DNA of 64,000 bases. Origin: Candidatus Woesebacteria bacterium (GTDB lineage Bacteria > Patescibacteriota > Microgenomatia > UBA8517). Below the pieces are notes generated by a model that was given only the letters and a program-made list of their open reading frames with translations, was not told where the DNA came from and made no database searches. Of this stretch, positions 21,634 through 30,219 are shown piece by piece (position 1 is the stretch's first letter; each line of letters begins with the position of its first letter). The stretch lies in NCBI GenBank assembly GCA_013426185.1, contig CP058602.1:546279-610278 (forward strand). The letters are read 5' to 3'. Both the position numbers and the translations under genes were made by a program.

Positions 21634-22083
21634 CTAGTCCTTGCTCTTAAAAACTTTAACTTTGCAATGTCTTATCACTGAACCATTCTTAAATTTAAAG
21701 CCGGGCAAAATGACTTCAATAATTTTACCAACTTTATCTTTATCGTCAGTTTCCTGAACTTCAACTGCTTCGCAGATCGTTTCGTCAAATTCGTCCCCAG
21801 GCTTAGGTCTGATTATTTCTATTCCTTCATCTGACAAAATCTGCTCAAAAGAATTGATGGTAATAGCCATCCCTGTATCATCAAGGTGCCTTTGCGCCGA
21901 CAAAAGCATATCATAAATCGGCAAAAACTTAATTATCAATTTTCGAGTTAGATCCTGTAAAGCCTCTTCTTTTTCCTTCGCTACCCTTTTTTCCAAATTT
22001 GCGTAATCAGCCAGAGCTCGTGCTAGCTGATTTTTCAATTCCTCTACTTCCTTATTTTTTACCTTATTTTTTACACCTTGCAT
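21634..22083 (-). CDS. grpE: Nucleotide exchange factor GrpE.
   Basis: The 149-aa protein has a coiled-coil N-terminus and a GrpE C-terminal beta domain. It sits between hrcA and dnaK. Confidence 0.85.
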   Translation of the reverse strand: MQGVKNKVKNKEVEELKNQLARALADYANLEKRVAKEKEEALQDLTRKLIIKFLPIYDMLLSAQRHLDDTGMAITINSFEQILSDEGIEIIRPKPGDEFDETICEAVEVQETDDKDKVGKIIEVILPGFKFKNGSVIRHCKVKVFKSKD

Positions 22084-22089
22084 CTCAAA

Positions 22090-22818
22090 TTACATTGTCA
22101 CCTGCTCAATTATATTGCCAAAATGCCTAAGTAAAGGAACTACTCGTGGATAGCTTAGACGCATAGGTCCAATCACTCCCAAAGCTCCCTGATGATTCTT
22201 AATATTAAAGTGGGTAGCAACTATGCCCACTGGCTCAAGAAAAGGTGAATTTAAATCTTCACCAAATAAAATCTCAACAGGAGACGAACCAGCAAGTCTT
22301 CTTAAAAAGATTTCCACCAGATTCTCATCTTCTTCAAGAAAAGAAAAAACACCAGCGCAAAGCCCTAAATCACTAAATTCAGGATTGGTAAAAACATTAG
22401 CCAAACCCGCATGCCAAGTCCTCCCATCATCAATGACTCCCACCGAAAGAGACCTAGTTCTGTCAGCCAAAATTCTAACCGCCTCTTCCATCAATTCATC
22501 AACATCATCTCTTGCTTCCCAAACTTCTTCCTTCATCTTGACTTCTTCTGCCAAACTCAACTGTTTTTCCTCCATCAATTGACCTACATAAAATTTCATC
22601 GCCTTTGAGGTGGGCACTCTGCCAGCCGAGATGTGAGGCTGCTTCAAATAACCCATCTGCGTCAAGTCTTGCATTTCGTTTCTGATAGTTGCTGAGGAAA
22701 CTCCCAAATTATATTTTTTTTCCAAGACCTCAGAGCCAACAGGCTCAGCTGTTTCTATATACTCATCAATCAAAGCCTTCAAAATTTGTGTTTGTCTTGA
22801 AGTTAGTGCATCTCCCAT
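22090..22818 (-). CDS. hrcA: Heat-inducible repressor HrcA, short form. The ATG at 22818 is preferred over the ORF-track TTG at 22824.
   Basis: The N-terminal winged helix matches HrcA: TSRQTQILKALIDEYIETAEPVGSEVLEKKYNLGVSSATIRNEMQDLTQMGYLKQPHISAGRVPT. An AAAGGAG RBS lies 9 nt upstream of the ATG. Confidence 0.85.
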   Translation of the reverse strand: MGDALTSRQTQILKALIDEYIETAEPVGSEVLEKKYNLGVSSATIRNEMQDLTQMGYLKQPHISAGRVPTSKAMKFYVGQLMEEKQLSLAEEVKMKEEVWEARDDVDELMEEAVRILADRTRSLSVGVIDDGRTWHAGLANVFTNPEFSDLGLCAGVFSFLEEDENLVEIFLRRLAGSSPVEILFGEDLNSPFLEPVGIVATHFNIKNHQGALGVIGPMRLSYPRVVPLLRHFGNIIEQVTM

Positions 22819-22833
22819 AAGCAAAATTCTCCT

Positions 22834-22860
22834 TTAGCAGTAATCTAACACGAGTGCTAA
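22834..22860 (-). promoter_or_regulatory. CIRCE operator (HrcA binding site) upstream of hrcA.
   Basis: The minus strand reads TTAGCACTC-gtgttagat-TACTGCTAA against the consensus TTAGCACTC-N9-GAGTGCTAA. The left half is perfect and the right half has 2 mismatches. Confidence 0.8.
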
Positions 22861-22870
22861 AAGTTGTCAA
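22842..22870 (-). promoter_or_regulatory. Sigma-70-type promoter for the hrcA operon (TTGACA-N17-TAGATT) overlapping CIRCE.
   Basis: The minus strand reads cTTGACAacttttagcactcgtgtTAGATTactgctaaAGGAGaattttgcttATG. Confidence 0.6.
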
Positions 22871-22885
22871 GAGGAAAACTAAAGA

Positions 22886-24619
22886 TCAGACTCCCCCATC
22901 ATTATTGGGCAAATTGACAGTTTCCTGTCCAAGCTCAGAGATCTTTAATTTCTTCCTAATAGGTAAAATCCTTTTGATAAGATTTGTAAAAGTCAAAAGC
23001 TCTTTATTTCCCAAGGCATAAGACAAAATCAGATAAACTAGAATTCCAAGGAAAGAAACGGTAATAGTCAAAATAAGGAGGTTAAAAGTATAACGGGTGT
23101 CAAGAACAAATTTTTCAAAAGAGAGTTTTTGTATTGCCTCAATTTTACCCAAGAAAGAGAGTTTTTTAATCCAAACGCTTCTGTCAAAAAACTTAAGTGT
23201 AAAAAACATAACAAGAGACGATCCCAAAGCCGCCAAGAACTTTTTAAAAAGAAGGTAAAGATTGGTAGATAAAAATCCTCCTCCCAAATTCTTCTCCAAA
23301 AAATAAAAAAGAAGAACTGATTGCAAAAAGCTACCCAAAGAAAAAGCTGCTGCCAAACCCCAAGCTGGCAATTTTAGTATGTATATAAAAACAAAATCAA
23401 AAAACACCACCAAAAAAATAGTCGCTATAGAAATAGAAACAGGAGTTTTAGTATTATGCATTGCATAAAAAGCTCGCGCTAAAAGAGAATTTACAGCCTG
23501 AAAAACTACGCCAAAAGCAAAAGCCGAAAGAACCATACCTGTTTGGACAGTTGCCTCCCAATCAAAAATGTCAGTTCCATAAACCAGCCTCACAATAGGA
23601 ATTCTTAAAACTATCAAAATTGAAGCAATAGGCAAAATTAGAAAGACCATTTCATTAAAGGTCTTCCACAAAGTCAAGCGGAAGACTTCTCTCTCATCTG
23701 CCTTATCAGCTAAATTGGGTAGAGCGGCTTTAGAAATTGAAGTTCCAACCAAAGACACAGGCAAAAGTTGTAAGGTATTACCAAAGGTATAATAAGCATA
23801 GGCAGCAGAGGAAATCAAAGAAGAAAAAAAGAGTTCTGCAAATTTGGAAATCTGCAAGAAAGAAACTTCTATTAATCTTGGCCAGGCTAGATCTTTAATT
23901 TTCTTAAGACCTTCTTTATCAGTAATTTTTAGACTAAAACGAAAGCCAAGACTGCGAGCCAAAGGATATTGAATTAAAAAATGAAAAGATGCCCCCAAGA
24001 CTACCCCTAAAACAGGAGCCATTAGGTGAAAACGATTAGAAAATAAAATAGTGCCTGCAATAATTCCCAAATTATAAAAAACGGGGGCCAAAGCCGGTAT
24101 TAAAAATCTTTTTAAAGATTCAAGAACCCCAGTTAAAACATAGCTTGCAACAAAAAAACCTTGGGCTAGAAAGAGATAACGGCTTAAAGCCACTATTTGC
24201 GCCTGTTGTAAAGAAGAAAATCCGGGAGTTGCCAGACTATAAAAAAATTCAGCGAACAAATTAAAGATAACAGCTATTAAAACAAACAAAATTACACCTA
24301 TGTTCAAAACGCTTGCTGCCAAGCCCCAAGCAAGATTCTCATCTTTCTTGGCAGTCCTTGCAAAAACCGGAACAAAAGCAGACGAGAAGGTTCCAAAAAC
24401 CAAGACCTCAAAGATAGTATCAGGCAGACGAAAGGCGGCAAAAAAAAGCGAGAGCTCATCAACCGAAAAATAATTAGCCAAAACACGCTGCCTTACAAGC
24501 CCTAAAAACCTTGAGGCAATAACCATCAGCATAATCAAAGTCGCAGCCGACAAGATAGAAGTCTGCTGAGAAGAAAGAAGCTGTCTGCCCTTTTTAATTA
24601 GATTCTCAATCATAATCAA
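22886..24619 (-). CDS. murJ: Lipid II flippase MurJ/MviN.
   Basis: The 577-aa polytopic membrane protein has the N-terminal pattern SAATLIMLMVIASRFLGLVRQRVLANYFSVDELSLFFAAFRLPDTIFEVLVFGTFSSAFVPVF, typical of MurJ. Confidence 0.85.
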   Translation of the reverse strand: MIMIENLIKKGRQLLSSQQTSILSAATLIMLMVIASRFLGLVRQRVLANYFSVDELSLFFAAFRLPDTIFEVLVFGTFSSAFVPVFARTAKKDENLAWGLAASVLNIGVILFVLIAVIFNLFAEFFYSLATPGFSSLQQAQIVALSRYLFLAQGFFVASYVLTGVLESLKRFLIPALAPVFYNLGIIAGTILFSNRFHLMAPVLGVVLGASFHFLIQYPLARSLGFRFSLKITDKEGLKKIKDLAWPRLIEVSFLQISKFAELFFSSLISSAAYAYYTFGNTLQLLPVSLVGTSISKAALPNLADKADEREVFRLTLWKTFNEMVFLILPIASILIVLRIPIVRLVYGTDIFDWEATVQTGMVLSAFAFGVVFQAVNSLLARAFYAMHNTKTPVSISIATIFLVVFFDFVFIYILKLPAWGLAAAFSLGSFLQSVLLFYFLEKNLGGGFLSTNLYLLFKKFLAALGSSLVMFFTLKFFDRSVWIKKLSFLGKIEAIQKLSFEKFVLDTRYTFNLLILTITVSFLGILVYLILSYALGNKELLTFTNLIKRILPIRKKLKISELGQETVNLPNNDGGV

Positions 24620-24627
24620 AATAGCCG

Positions 24628-24656
24628 TTGAAAAATCAACTAACTTGGATTATACT
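24628..24656 (+). promoter_or_regulatory. Promoter for rpsT (TTGAAA-N17-TATACT).
   Basis: The plus strand reads gTTGAAAaatcaactaacttggatTATACT, about 30 nt upstream of the rpsT ATG. Confidence 0.5.
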
Positions 24657-24687
24657 TTAGTCGGTTCAAGATAAAAATAACCAAAAT

Positions 24688-24963
24688 ATGCCAGTTACCA
24701 AAACCGCCAAAAGAGCGCTCAGAAGCTCAAAAAAGAAAGCTGAAGTCAATAAATCCATTCTTAAGAAGATGGAGATAGCAATTAGGCTAGCTAAAAAAAC
24801 ACTAAAGGAGACAGATATTATTAAAGCTATCTCTTTAGTTGATAAAGCAGCAAAAAAGAAAGTTATTCATAAAAATAAGGCTTCAAGAGCCAAAAGCACC
24901 CTTTCCAAACTAATTAAATCTAAAATTAAAAAGGTTACAAAATCCAAATCTAAGTCTAAGTAA
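24688..24963 (+). CDS. rpsT: Ribosomal protein S20.
   Basis: MPVTKTAKRALRSSKKKAEVNKSILKKMEIAIR... is a lysine/arginine-rich helical 91-aa protein matching the S20 N-terminus. Confidence 0.85.
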   Translation: MPVTKTAKRALRSSKKKAEVNKSILKKMEIAIRLAKKTLKETDIIKAISLVDKAAKKKVIHKNKASRAKSTLSKLIKSKIKKVTKSKSKSK

Positions 24964-24968
24964 AAAAT

Positions 24969-24995
24969 CCACGGCCTAAAGGCCGTGGCTTTCTT
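24969..24995 (+). terminator. Hairpin terminator 1 after rpsT.
   Basis: The plus strand reads ccacggcc-taaa-ggccgtgg-ctttctt: an 8-bp GC-rich stem, a tetraloop and a T-rich tail. Confidence 0.6.
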
Positions 24996-25019
24996 GGCTC
25001 CATCTAAACTATTCTACAT

Positions 25020-25046
25020 CCACGCGCTAAAGCGCGTGGCTTTATG
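25020..25046 (+). terminator. Hairpin terminator 2 (same architecture, different stem sequence).
   Basis: The plus strand reads ccacgcgc-taaa-gcgcgtgg-ctttatg. It is flanked by a second, outer inverted repeat ctacatc / gatgtag. Confidence 0.55.
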
Positions 25047-25062
25047 ATTAGATGTAGTAAAA

Positions 25063-25089
25063 CCACAGCTTGAAAATTGTGGCTCTTTT
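25063..25089 (+). terminator. Hairpin terminator 3.
   Basis: The plus strand reads ccacagcttgaaaattgtgg-ctctttt. The stem CCACA/TGTGG carries a G-U pair and the T-tract is the best of the three. Confidence 0.55.
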
Positions 25090-25216
25090 GACTCCAACAA
25101 ACAATTCTTTTCCTACTTACTAAAGCACAATCCAAACTTGGCATTATATACTCCTTGTAAGAATATTTTCTCAATCAAATTTTTATGCTACTATTATAGT
25201 TAGTTTAAATAAGGAA

Positions 25217-25789
25217 ATGGCTGCCCTTAAAAAAGAAAAAGAAATCAATCTATTGCCCAAAGATAGTTTTTCCGAAACCAGTATAGGAAGAATTATCTTA
25301 TGGTTCCTTTCCACCTTCAGAATAATGGTTATTGTGGTTGAGCTGGTAGTTGTTGCCGCTTTTCTCTCTCGCTTCTGGCTTGACTCAAAAAATGCTGATT
25401 TAACAGACGAGATAAAGCAAAAGCAAGCTCAAATCAAAGCTTCCGAAGCCACTGAAAAACTATTTAGAGAACTACAAAAAAGAGTCTCTGCCTTTTCCAT
25501 CTTAACATCACAACCAAAATTATCTTCCTCAATCACCTCTATTTCCAGCCTAATGCCACCAACAATTACTCTAAATTCCATCGGTTTTTCTGAACAAGGA
25601 ATAACAATAATAGGCAATACACCCAATGAGCAAGAACTAGCTCAATTCCTAGTAAATCTCAAAAAGAGCGAAGATTTTACCAAAGTATCACTTTCTCAAA
25701 TAGGACCCGATCAGGATAATAAAGACATTTTGAAATTTACCATCAGTTTAAACATTAAAAACAAAACAGCACCCGAGACTAATCAATAA
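25217..25789 (+). CDS. Type IV pilus assembly protein PilN-like.
   Basis: The conserved N-terminal INLLP motif is present (KEINLLPKD). A single TM helix and a coiled-coil periplasmic region are present. The length is 190 aa. Confidence 0.6.
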   Translation: MAALKKEKEINLLPKDSFSETSIGRIILWFLSTFRIMVIVVELVVVAAFLSRFWLDSKNADLTDEIKQKQAQIKASEATEKLFRELQKRVSAFSILTSQPKLSSSITSISSLMPPTITLNSIGFSEQGITIIGNTPNEQELAQFLVNLKKSEDFTKVSLSQIGPDQDNKDILKFTISLNIKNKTAPETNQ

Positions 25790-25790
25790 A

Positions 25791-26519
25791 ATGGCAGTTA
25801 ACTGGAAAGAAAATTATCAAAGATACAAAAACCTTTTCTGGAAAAATTATGAATATTACAGAAAAAGGGAAGATATTAGAAACTATGTGGAACTGATTCT
25901 AAACCTGGTAGCTATCAGTGTCTTTAGCCTTTTTGCTATCAAGCCAACAGTAATTACCATCATTGATTTAAATAAACAAATCAAAGCCAAAGAAGAGACT
26001 ATCCAAAAGATGAATACTAAAATAAAAAACTTGCAGCAAGCTCAAAATCTCATAGACCAGGAAAGATCTTCCATTGATCTTCTTGATAAAGCAATCCCTA
26101 AAGAACCGCAAGCAGAAGAATTCATTCATTCTCTAGGAGGAATCGCAACCTTAAATAATCTAACAATCAAAAACATAGGCACAAAAAGTATCACCATCTT
26201 AGGAACATCTCAGGAAGTTAGTAAAAGTAATCTCAATCTGCCAGAGGGAACAAATATGGTTACCTTTTCTGCTTCATTTATAGGAAAATTCACAGATTTA
26301 GACGAATTTATCAAAAAACTGGAAAACTTTTTGAGGCCAGTTGATTTTAAGCAACTTTCTATCAATAAGCCACAAGAGAAAGAAGGAGAAAAAACAGAAG
26401 ATCTAAACTTGGGAATAACCATAGATGCACCCTATTACCAATTAATTAAGACCCAAAGCCAACCAAAGACCGCTAACCAAAGCCAGACAAAAAAAGAAGA
26501 AGTTATTCCTGAAAAATAA
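25791..26519 (+). CDS. Type IV pilus assembly protein PilO-like.
   Basis: The gene starts 2 nt after the pilN-like stop. It has an N-terminal TM helix, a coiled coil and a C-terminal alpha/beta region. The length is 242 aa. Confidence 0.5.
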   Translation: MAVNWKENYQRYKNLFWKNYEYYRKREDIRNYVELILNLVAISVFSLFAIKPTVITIIDLNKQIKAKEETIQKMNTKIKNLQQAQNLIDQERSSIDLLDKAIPKEPQAEEFIHSLGGIATLNNLTIKNIGTKSITILGTSQEVSKSNLNLPEGTNMVTFSASFIGKFTDLDEFIKKLENFLRPVDFKQLSINKPQEKEGEKTEDLNLGITIDAPYYQLIKTQSQPKTANQSQTKKEEVIPEK

Positions 26520-26522
26520 AAG

Positions 26523-26858
26523 ATGGAAAAAAACAAAAAGACACCCAGCTTAATATCTACATTAATCTTAACTACCATAACCTTGGTTAGTTGGGTGTTC
26601 TTTAGTATTTATCGAGCTTTTGTCAAACCACAACCAGTGGTTGTGCCTCCTGAAATCCTTGAACCAATTGATCTCAAACTAGATACCGTCTCTCTAAACA
26701 AGCTTAAAGAAAGATTTTATCTTAACGAAGAAGAAGTACCAGAAATTACTCCTCCACCAAAAACGGAGACTCCAAGGCCAACTCTATCACCAACAATCAC
26801 ACCTTCTCCCACGAACGAAGCAGTTCCTACCGCAACCCCCATTAATACCAATCAATAA
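26523..26858 (+). CDS. Small membrane-anchored protein with a Pro/Thr-rich tail (a PilP-like position in the operon).
   Basis: A TM helix LISTLILTTITLVSWVFFSIY is present. The C-terminus PPPKTETPRPTLSPTITPSPTNEAVPTATP is a PT-rich linker. Confidence 0.35.
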   Translation: MEKNKKTPSLISTLILTTITLVSWVFFSIYRAFVKPQPVVVPPEILEPIDLKLDTVSLNKLKERFYLNEEEVPEITPPPKTETPRPTLSPTITPSPTNEAVPTATPINTNQ

Positions 26859-26920
26859 ATTGAGGCTTGAAGAATCAAAAAAGTTTGCTAATCATAATCA
26901 AAAAAAGATAAAATGAAGAA

Positions 26921-28243
26921 ATGAGAAAGATTAGAATTCCCACATTAGTCGCAATTTTAATCCTTACTTTGGGATTATCTTTTTCTATAGTTTTAACCCA
27001 ACAAAAACAATTCTTTCTACCATCGGCAAAGTCTCAAAATATACCCAAAGACGTAAAAATTTCAAATATTACCGACTCCTCTTTCACTATCACCTGGCTT
27101 ACTCAAGATAAAGCAGATGGATTTGTTGTTTGGGGAAAGAGTAAATCTTTAGGTCAAACCACAAACGAAGAAACAAAAGCTAAAGGTTACACTCATTCTG
27201 CAACTATTACCAATCTTGAGCCAGAAACAACATATTACTTCAAAATAAATTCAGGTGGAGATCTTTATGATAATGATGGTTCGCCTTGGGAGACAAAAAC
27301 CGCTCCCAAACTTTCTTCCAGTGAAACACCAGCTATCCAAAATATCTCAGGTTTTATTGTTAATGCTCTAGGAGCACCTGCCACGTCTGCCTTAGTTTTT
27401 GTAAAAGCTGGGGGGTCAAATCTTCTCTCAACTTATACCTCAGAAAACGGAAATTGGATTATACCCCTTAATAAAATAAGAACAAGTGACTTGAATAATT
27501 CTTACAAAATCAACGGGCAAGATTTGCTTGAAATCAATGTGCAAGCAGGACCGGAAGGAATAGCCTCAGCTCAAATATATGCTGAGAAAGCAACAGCCAC
27601 TCCTCTTATCACTCTAGGTCAAACATATGATTTTAGAAATCTGACTACCAATCAAAACGATTCACTCCCCAAGTCAGAGATTCAAGGCCCTCAAGAAACA
27701 AACAAACAACCCAAATTTGACATTAGCGGATATAGCACGTCCTCTCCTTCAAGCACCGTCAGTATCGAAAGTATAAAAGAAGGCGAAACAATTAACACCA
27801 CCTCGCCCGAATTCTTTGGTAAAGGACCTGCCAGTAAGCAGATAACTATTACTGTAGAATCAGAAAATCCACAGACGGGCACTGTCTTAGTTGGCACAAA
27901 CGGCATCTGGCGATGGAGTCCTCCTTCTGGTCTTACTCCCGGCACCCACAAAATCACTTTGACATATCGTGATGACAATGGAGTTTTAAGAAGCATTGTC
28001 AGAACTTTTGTGGTTCAAGCAGCAGAAGCTGGAGAACCCGCCTTTGAGGCTACCCCTTCCGCCAGTCTAACACCTACTCCAACAAGTATAGTAGCAACAG
28101 CCACTCCCTCTGCTCAAAAAACTGCCTCTCCTTCCGCCACACCTGCTCAACCAATCTCTGGAGTTAAAGCCCCCACTTTAATTCTCTTTGGAACTGGCTT
28201 ATTATTATTTGTAGCTAGCGGCTTTCTACTTTTTGCAAACTAA
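26921..28243 (+). CDS. Cell-surface protein: signal peptide, FN3-like domain, beta-rich domains, PT-rich linker and C-terminal hydrophobic anchor.
   Basis: An N-terminal signal/TM segment is present. An FN3-like stretch runs SNITDSSFTITWLT...ETTYYFKINSGG. The C-terminus is TPSASLTPTPTSIVATATPS...APTLILFGTGLLLFVASGFLLFAN. Confidence 0.5.
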   Translation: MRKIRIPTLVAILILTLGLSFSIVLTQQKQFFLPSAKSQNIPKDVKISNITDSSFTITWLTQDKADGFVVWGKSKSLGQTTNEETKAKGYTHSATITNLEPETTYYFKINSGGDLYDNDGSPWETKTAPKLSSSETPAIQNISGFIVNALGAPATSALVFVKAGGSNLLSTYTSENGNWIIPLNKIRTSDLNNSYKINGQDLLEINVQAGPEGIASAQIYAEKATATPLITLGQTYDFRNLTTNQNDSLPKSEIQGPQETNKQPKFDISGYSTSSPSSTVSIESIKEGETINTTSPEFFGKGPASKQITITVESENPQTGTVLVGTNGIWRWSPPSGLTPGTHKITLTYRDDNGVLRSIVRTFVVQAAEAGEPAFEATPSASLTPTPTSIVATATPSAQKTASPSATPAQPISGVKAPTLILFGTGLLLFVASGFLLFAN

Positions 28244-28792
28244 ATGCTAAACATAGTGGGCAAAATTACTTTACTCTTCAGACAACAAGGAATTACTACC
28301 AGCCCCACCTCTGGAATTGCCGAGCAGTTAAATACCTACATCACGCTTAAGAGTAATGAGGGAGTCACCTACAAGATTGAAGGTATCAAGCCAGCTGTTG
28401 GTTCCTCTGGCATCTGGACCGCTAGTTTTTCCCAAGACAGTCAAGGCAGATTTATACCTGCTGGAACATACGACATACTAATCAAGGGAGTCTCCCACCT
28501 ACAAAAGAAGTTTACCGGCATACAAATAAGTGACAACCAACAGAACAAAATCGATAAAAGCACCAATACCAAAGACGAGCTCAAAGCAGGTGATATCAAC
28601 AATGACAACTCCATCACCACTGAAGACCTCTCAACCATCCTGAAGTTCTATACCGATTTCAAAGTACCAGTTAACAAAAACGACCTCACGATGACCCAAT
28701 CAGACATTAACAAAGACGGCTTTATAACTATTGACTATGTAGCGCTTGTGGCATTAAACTGGTCTGATTTTGTTGTAAAAGGAGACGAATAG
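28244..28792 (+). CDS. Dockerin-domain protein.
   Basis: Two canonical dockerin Ca-binding repeats are present, DINNDNSITTEDLSTILKF and DINKDGFITIDYVALVALNW, each matching D-x-N-x-D-(G)-x-I-T-x-x-D followed by a helix. Confidence 0.6.
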   Translation: MLNIVGKITLLFRQQGITTSPTSGIAEQLNTYITLKSNEGVTYKIEGIKPAVGSSGIWTASFSQDSQGRFIPAGTYDILIKGVSHLQKKFTGIQISDNQQNKIDKSTNTKDELKAGDINNDNSITTEDLSTILKFYTDFKVPVNKNDLTMTQSDINKDGFITIDYVALVALNWSDFVVKGDE

Positions 28793-28794
28793 TT

Positions 28795-29355
28795 ATGAAA
28801 AACAAAAGATACCTAGAAATTTTCATTCCAGGGATTTTGGTTATCGGGCTTGCTTCCATAATTATTACCCAAACCCTTAAGATTAAAAATATTGCTACCA
28901 CGAATCGAGTTACCAAAGAAAATATCCAAGAGGAAAAGGGGGGGGATATATCCCTAAAAGTCATCAAGGAAAATTCAAGAGTAATTGTTCAAATAGCACC
29001 AGTAGGAAAGACTGTTAACTTAAGAGCTTTTGCTCTAAAAATAAGTATGGAGACAAAAGGAGGCGTGCCTAAGGTAGGCACTCAAGACTTAACCACCCGA
29101 GAAATTCCAAATCACACATCCTGGTCATTCCCTATAAAGAAGTTAGAGACCAACAATGTTGGTTTAACTCTTAGCCTTTCTGGCTTTACTGTAGGTGATC
29201 CTCTTTCTCTTGACGGGTCTGTTCCCTTAGTGATTATTAACCTGCCCTCAAGTACGCCAGAGGATCTGTCTATAAAATCTGTTATGGTGGACAATGATTC
29301 AACTCGTTTTATTGGCAACTTTTCTGAAATCATTCCATACCAACTTGGTTGGTAG
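28795..29355 (+). CDS. Secreted or membrane-anchored beta-sandwich protein, possibly cohesin-like.
   Basis: An N-terminal TM/signal segment ILVIGLASIIITQTL is present. The stretch VIVQIAPVGKTVNLRAFALKISMETKGG resembles a cohesin strand pattern. The call is weak. Confidence 0.35.
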   Translation: MKNKRYLEIFIPGILVIGLASIIITQTLKIKNIATTNRVTKENIQEEKGGDISLKVIKENSRVIVQIAPVGKTVNLRAFALKISMETKGGVPKVGTQDLTTREIPNHTSWSFPIKKLETNNVGLTLSLSGFTVGDPLSLDGSVPLVIINLPSSTPEDLSIKSVMVDNDSTRFIGNFSEIIPYQLGW

Positions 29356-29375
29356 TCAATTGAAAGACAGTTAAA

Positions 29376-30218
29376 ATGCAACCTGAAACAACCGACGACA
29401 AGATTATAACCCAGTCTAAAAAAAATAGAAACAAGGCTATATTGATCACCGCTCTTGGGACCCTCCTTCTTGGAGCAGGCCTTGCGGTGGGAATTTTATT
29501 AGTCAAACAAAGTCAACAAATAAAAGAAAAGGCTGCTACCCCCACAGGAACTGTCAAGGTCTTCCTTTCTCCTGAGACTAATAGCGTCCAGGTCGGTCAG
29601 GTCTTCTCGGTCAATGTTTTACTTGACACAGATAGCAGATACATCTCTGCTCTAACCCTCGATCTTAGCTATCCTTATACGGGAGACACGCCCCCCATCG
29701 AAGCTACAGACATACAAGTAAGTTCAAATCTTATTGTTGGCGGCAATTGGAATTTCCCCATCAAAACCATAAACACCGATAACCAGTTAGTACAAATAAG
29801 AATCGGGGGGTTAAACAGCTCAAGCCAGGGCTACAAAACCACAGGCGAAGAGACGGTGGCTACTATTAACTTCAAAGCCCAAGCGGCAGGATCAATAAAC
29901 TTATCCTTCAATCCAACCACCACCAAAGCCACAGATAAAACAACAGGAGAAGATATCCTTTTAACTCCTTCAAGTTATGGCTCTTATACCGCCAGCGGCC
30001 AGACAACGACAGCGACTCCTGTGCCAACAGCTACAATAAACAACATGCCAACCACTACAACAAGCGCAACACCACACATTACAACAACCCCAATTCCCAT
30101 TGCAACTCCGACTCCATCACTAGTCCCAGTCCCCGAATCAGGCATATCTCTGCCTACAGTTATGGGTATTGGGGGAGGAGTCTTACTTCTAGTTATAGCC
30201 CTTTCCCTAACACTCTGA
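29376..30218 (+). CDS. Surface-anchored cohesin-like protein with a PT-rich linker and a C-terminal hydrophobic anchor.
   Basis: The stretch TGTVKVFLSPETNSVQVGQVFSVNVLLDTDSRYISALTLDLSYPY fits the cohesin pattern V.V..G..F.V.V.L.......I..LD..L.Y. The C-terminus is TTTPIPIATPTPSLVPVPESGISLPTVMGIGGGVLLLVIALSLTL. Confidence 0.4.
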   Translation: MQPETTDDKIITQSKKNRNKAILITALGTLLLGAGLAVGILLVKQSQQIKEKAATPTGTVKVFLSPETNSVQVGQVFSVNVLLDTDSRYISALTLDLSYPYTGDTPPIEATDIQVSSNLIVGGNWNFPIKTINTDNQLVQIRIGGLNSSSQGYKTTGEETVATINFKAQAAGSINLSFNPTTTKATDKTTGEDILLTPSSYGSYTASGQTTTATPVPTATINNMPTTTTSATPHITTTPIPIATPTPSLVPVPESGISLPTVMGIGGGVLLLVIALSLTL

Positions 30219-30219
30219 C

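Noticed and set aside
29376-30218. LPXTG sortase signal in the C-terminal anchor (SLPTVMG).
   Set aside because: The sequence is LPTVMG, not L-P-x-T-G. The PEP motif of PEP-CTERM is also absent. It is reported only as a generic C-terminal hydrophobic anchor.
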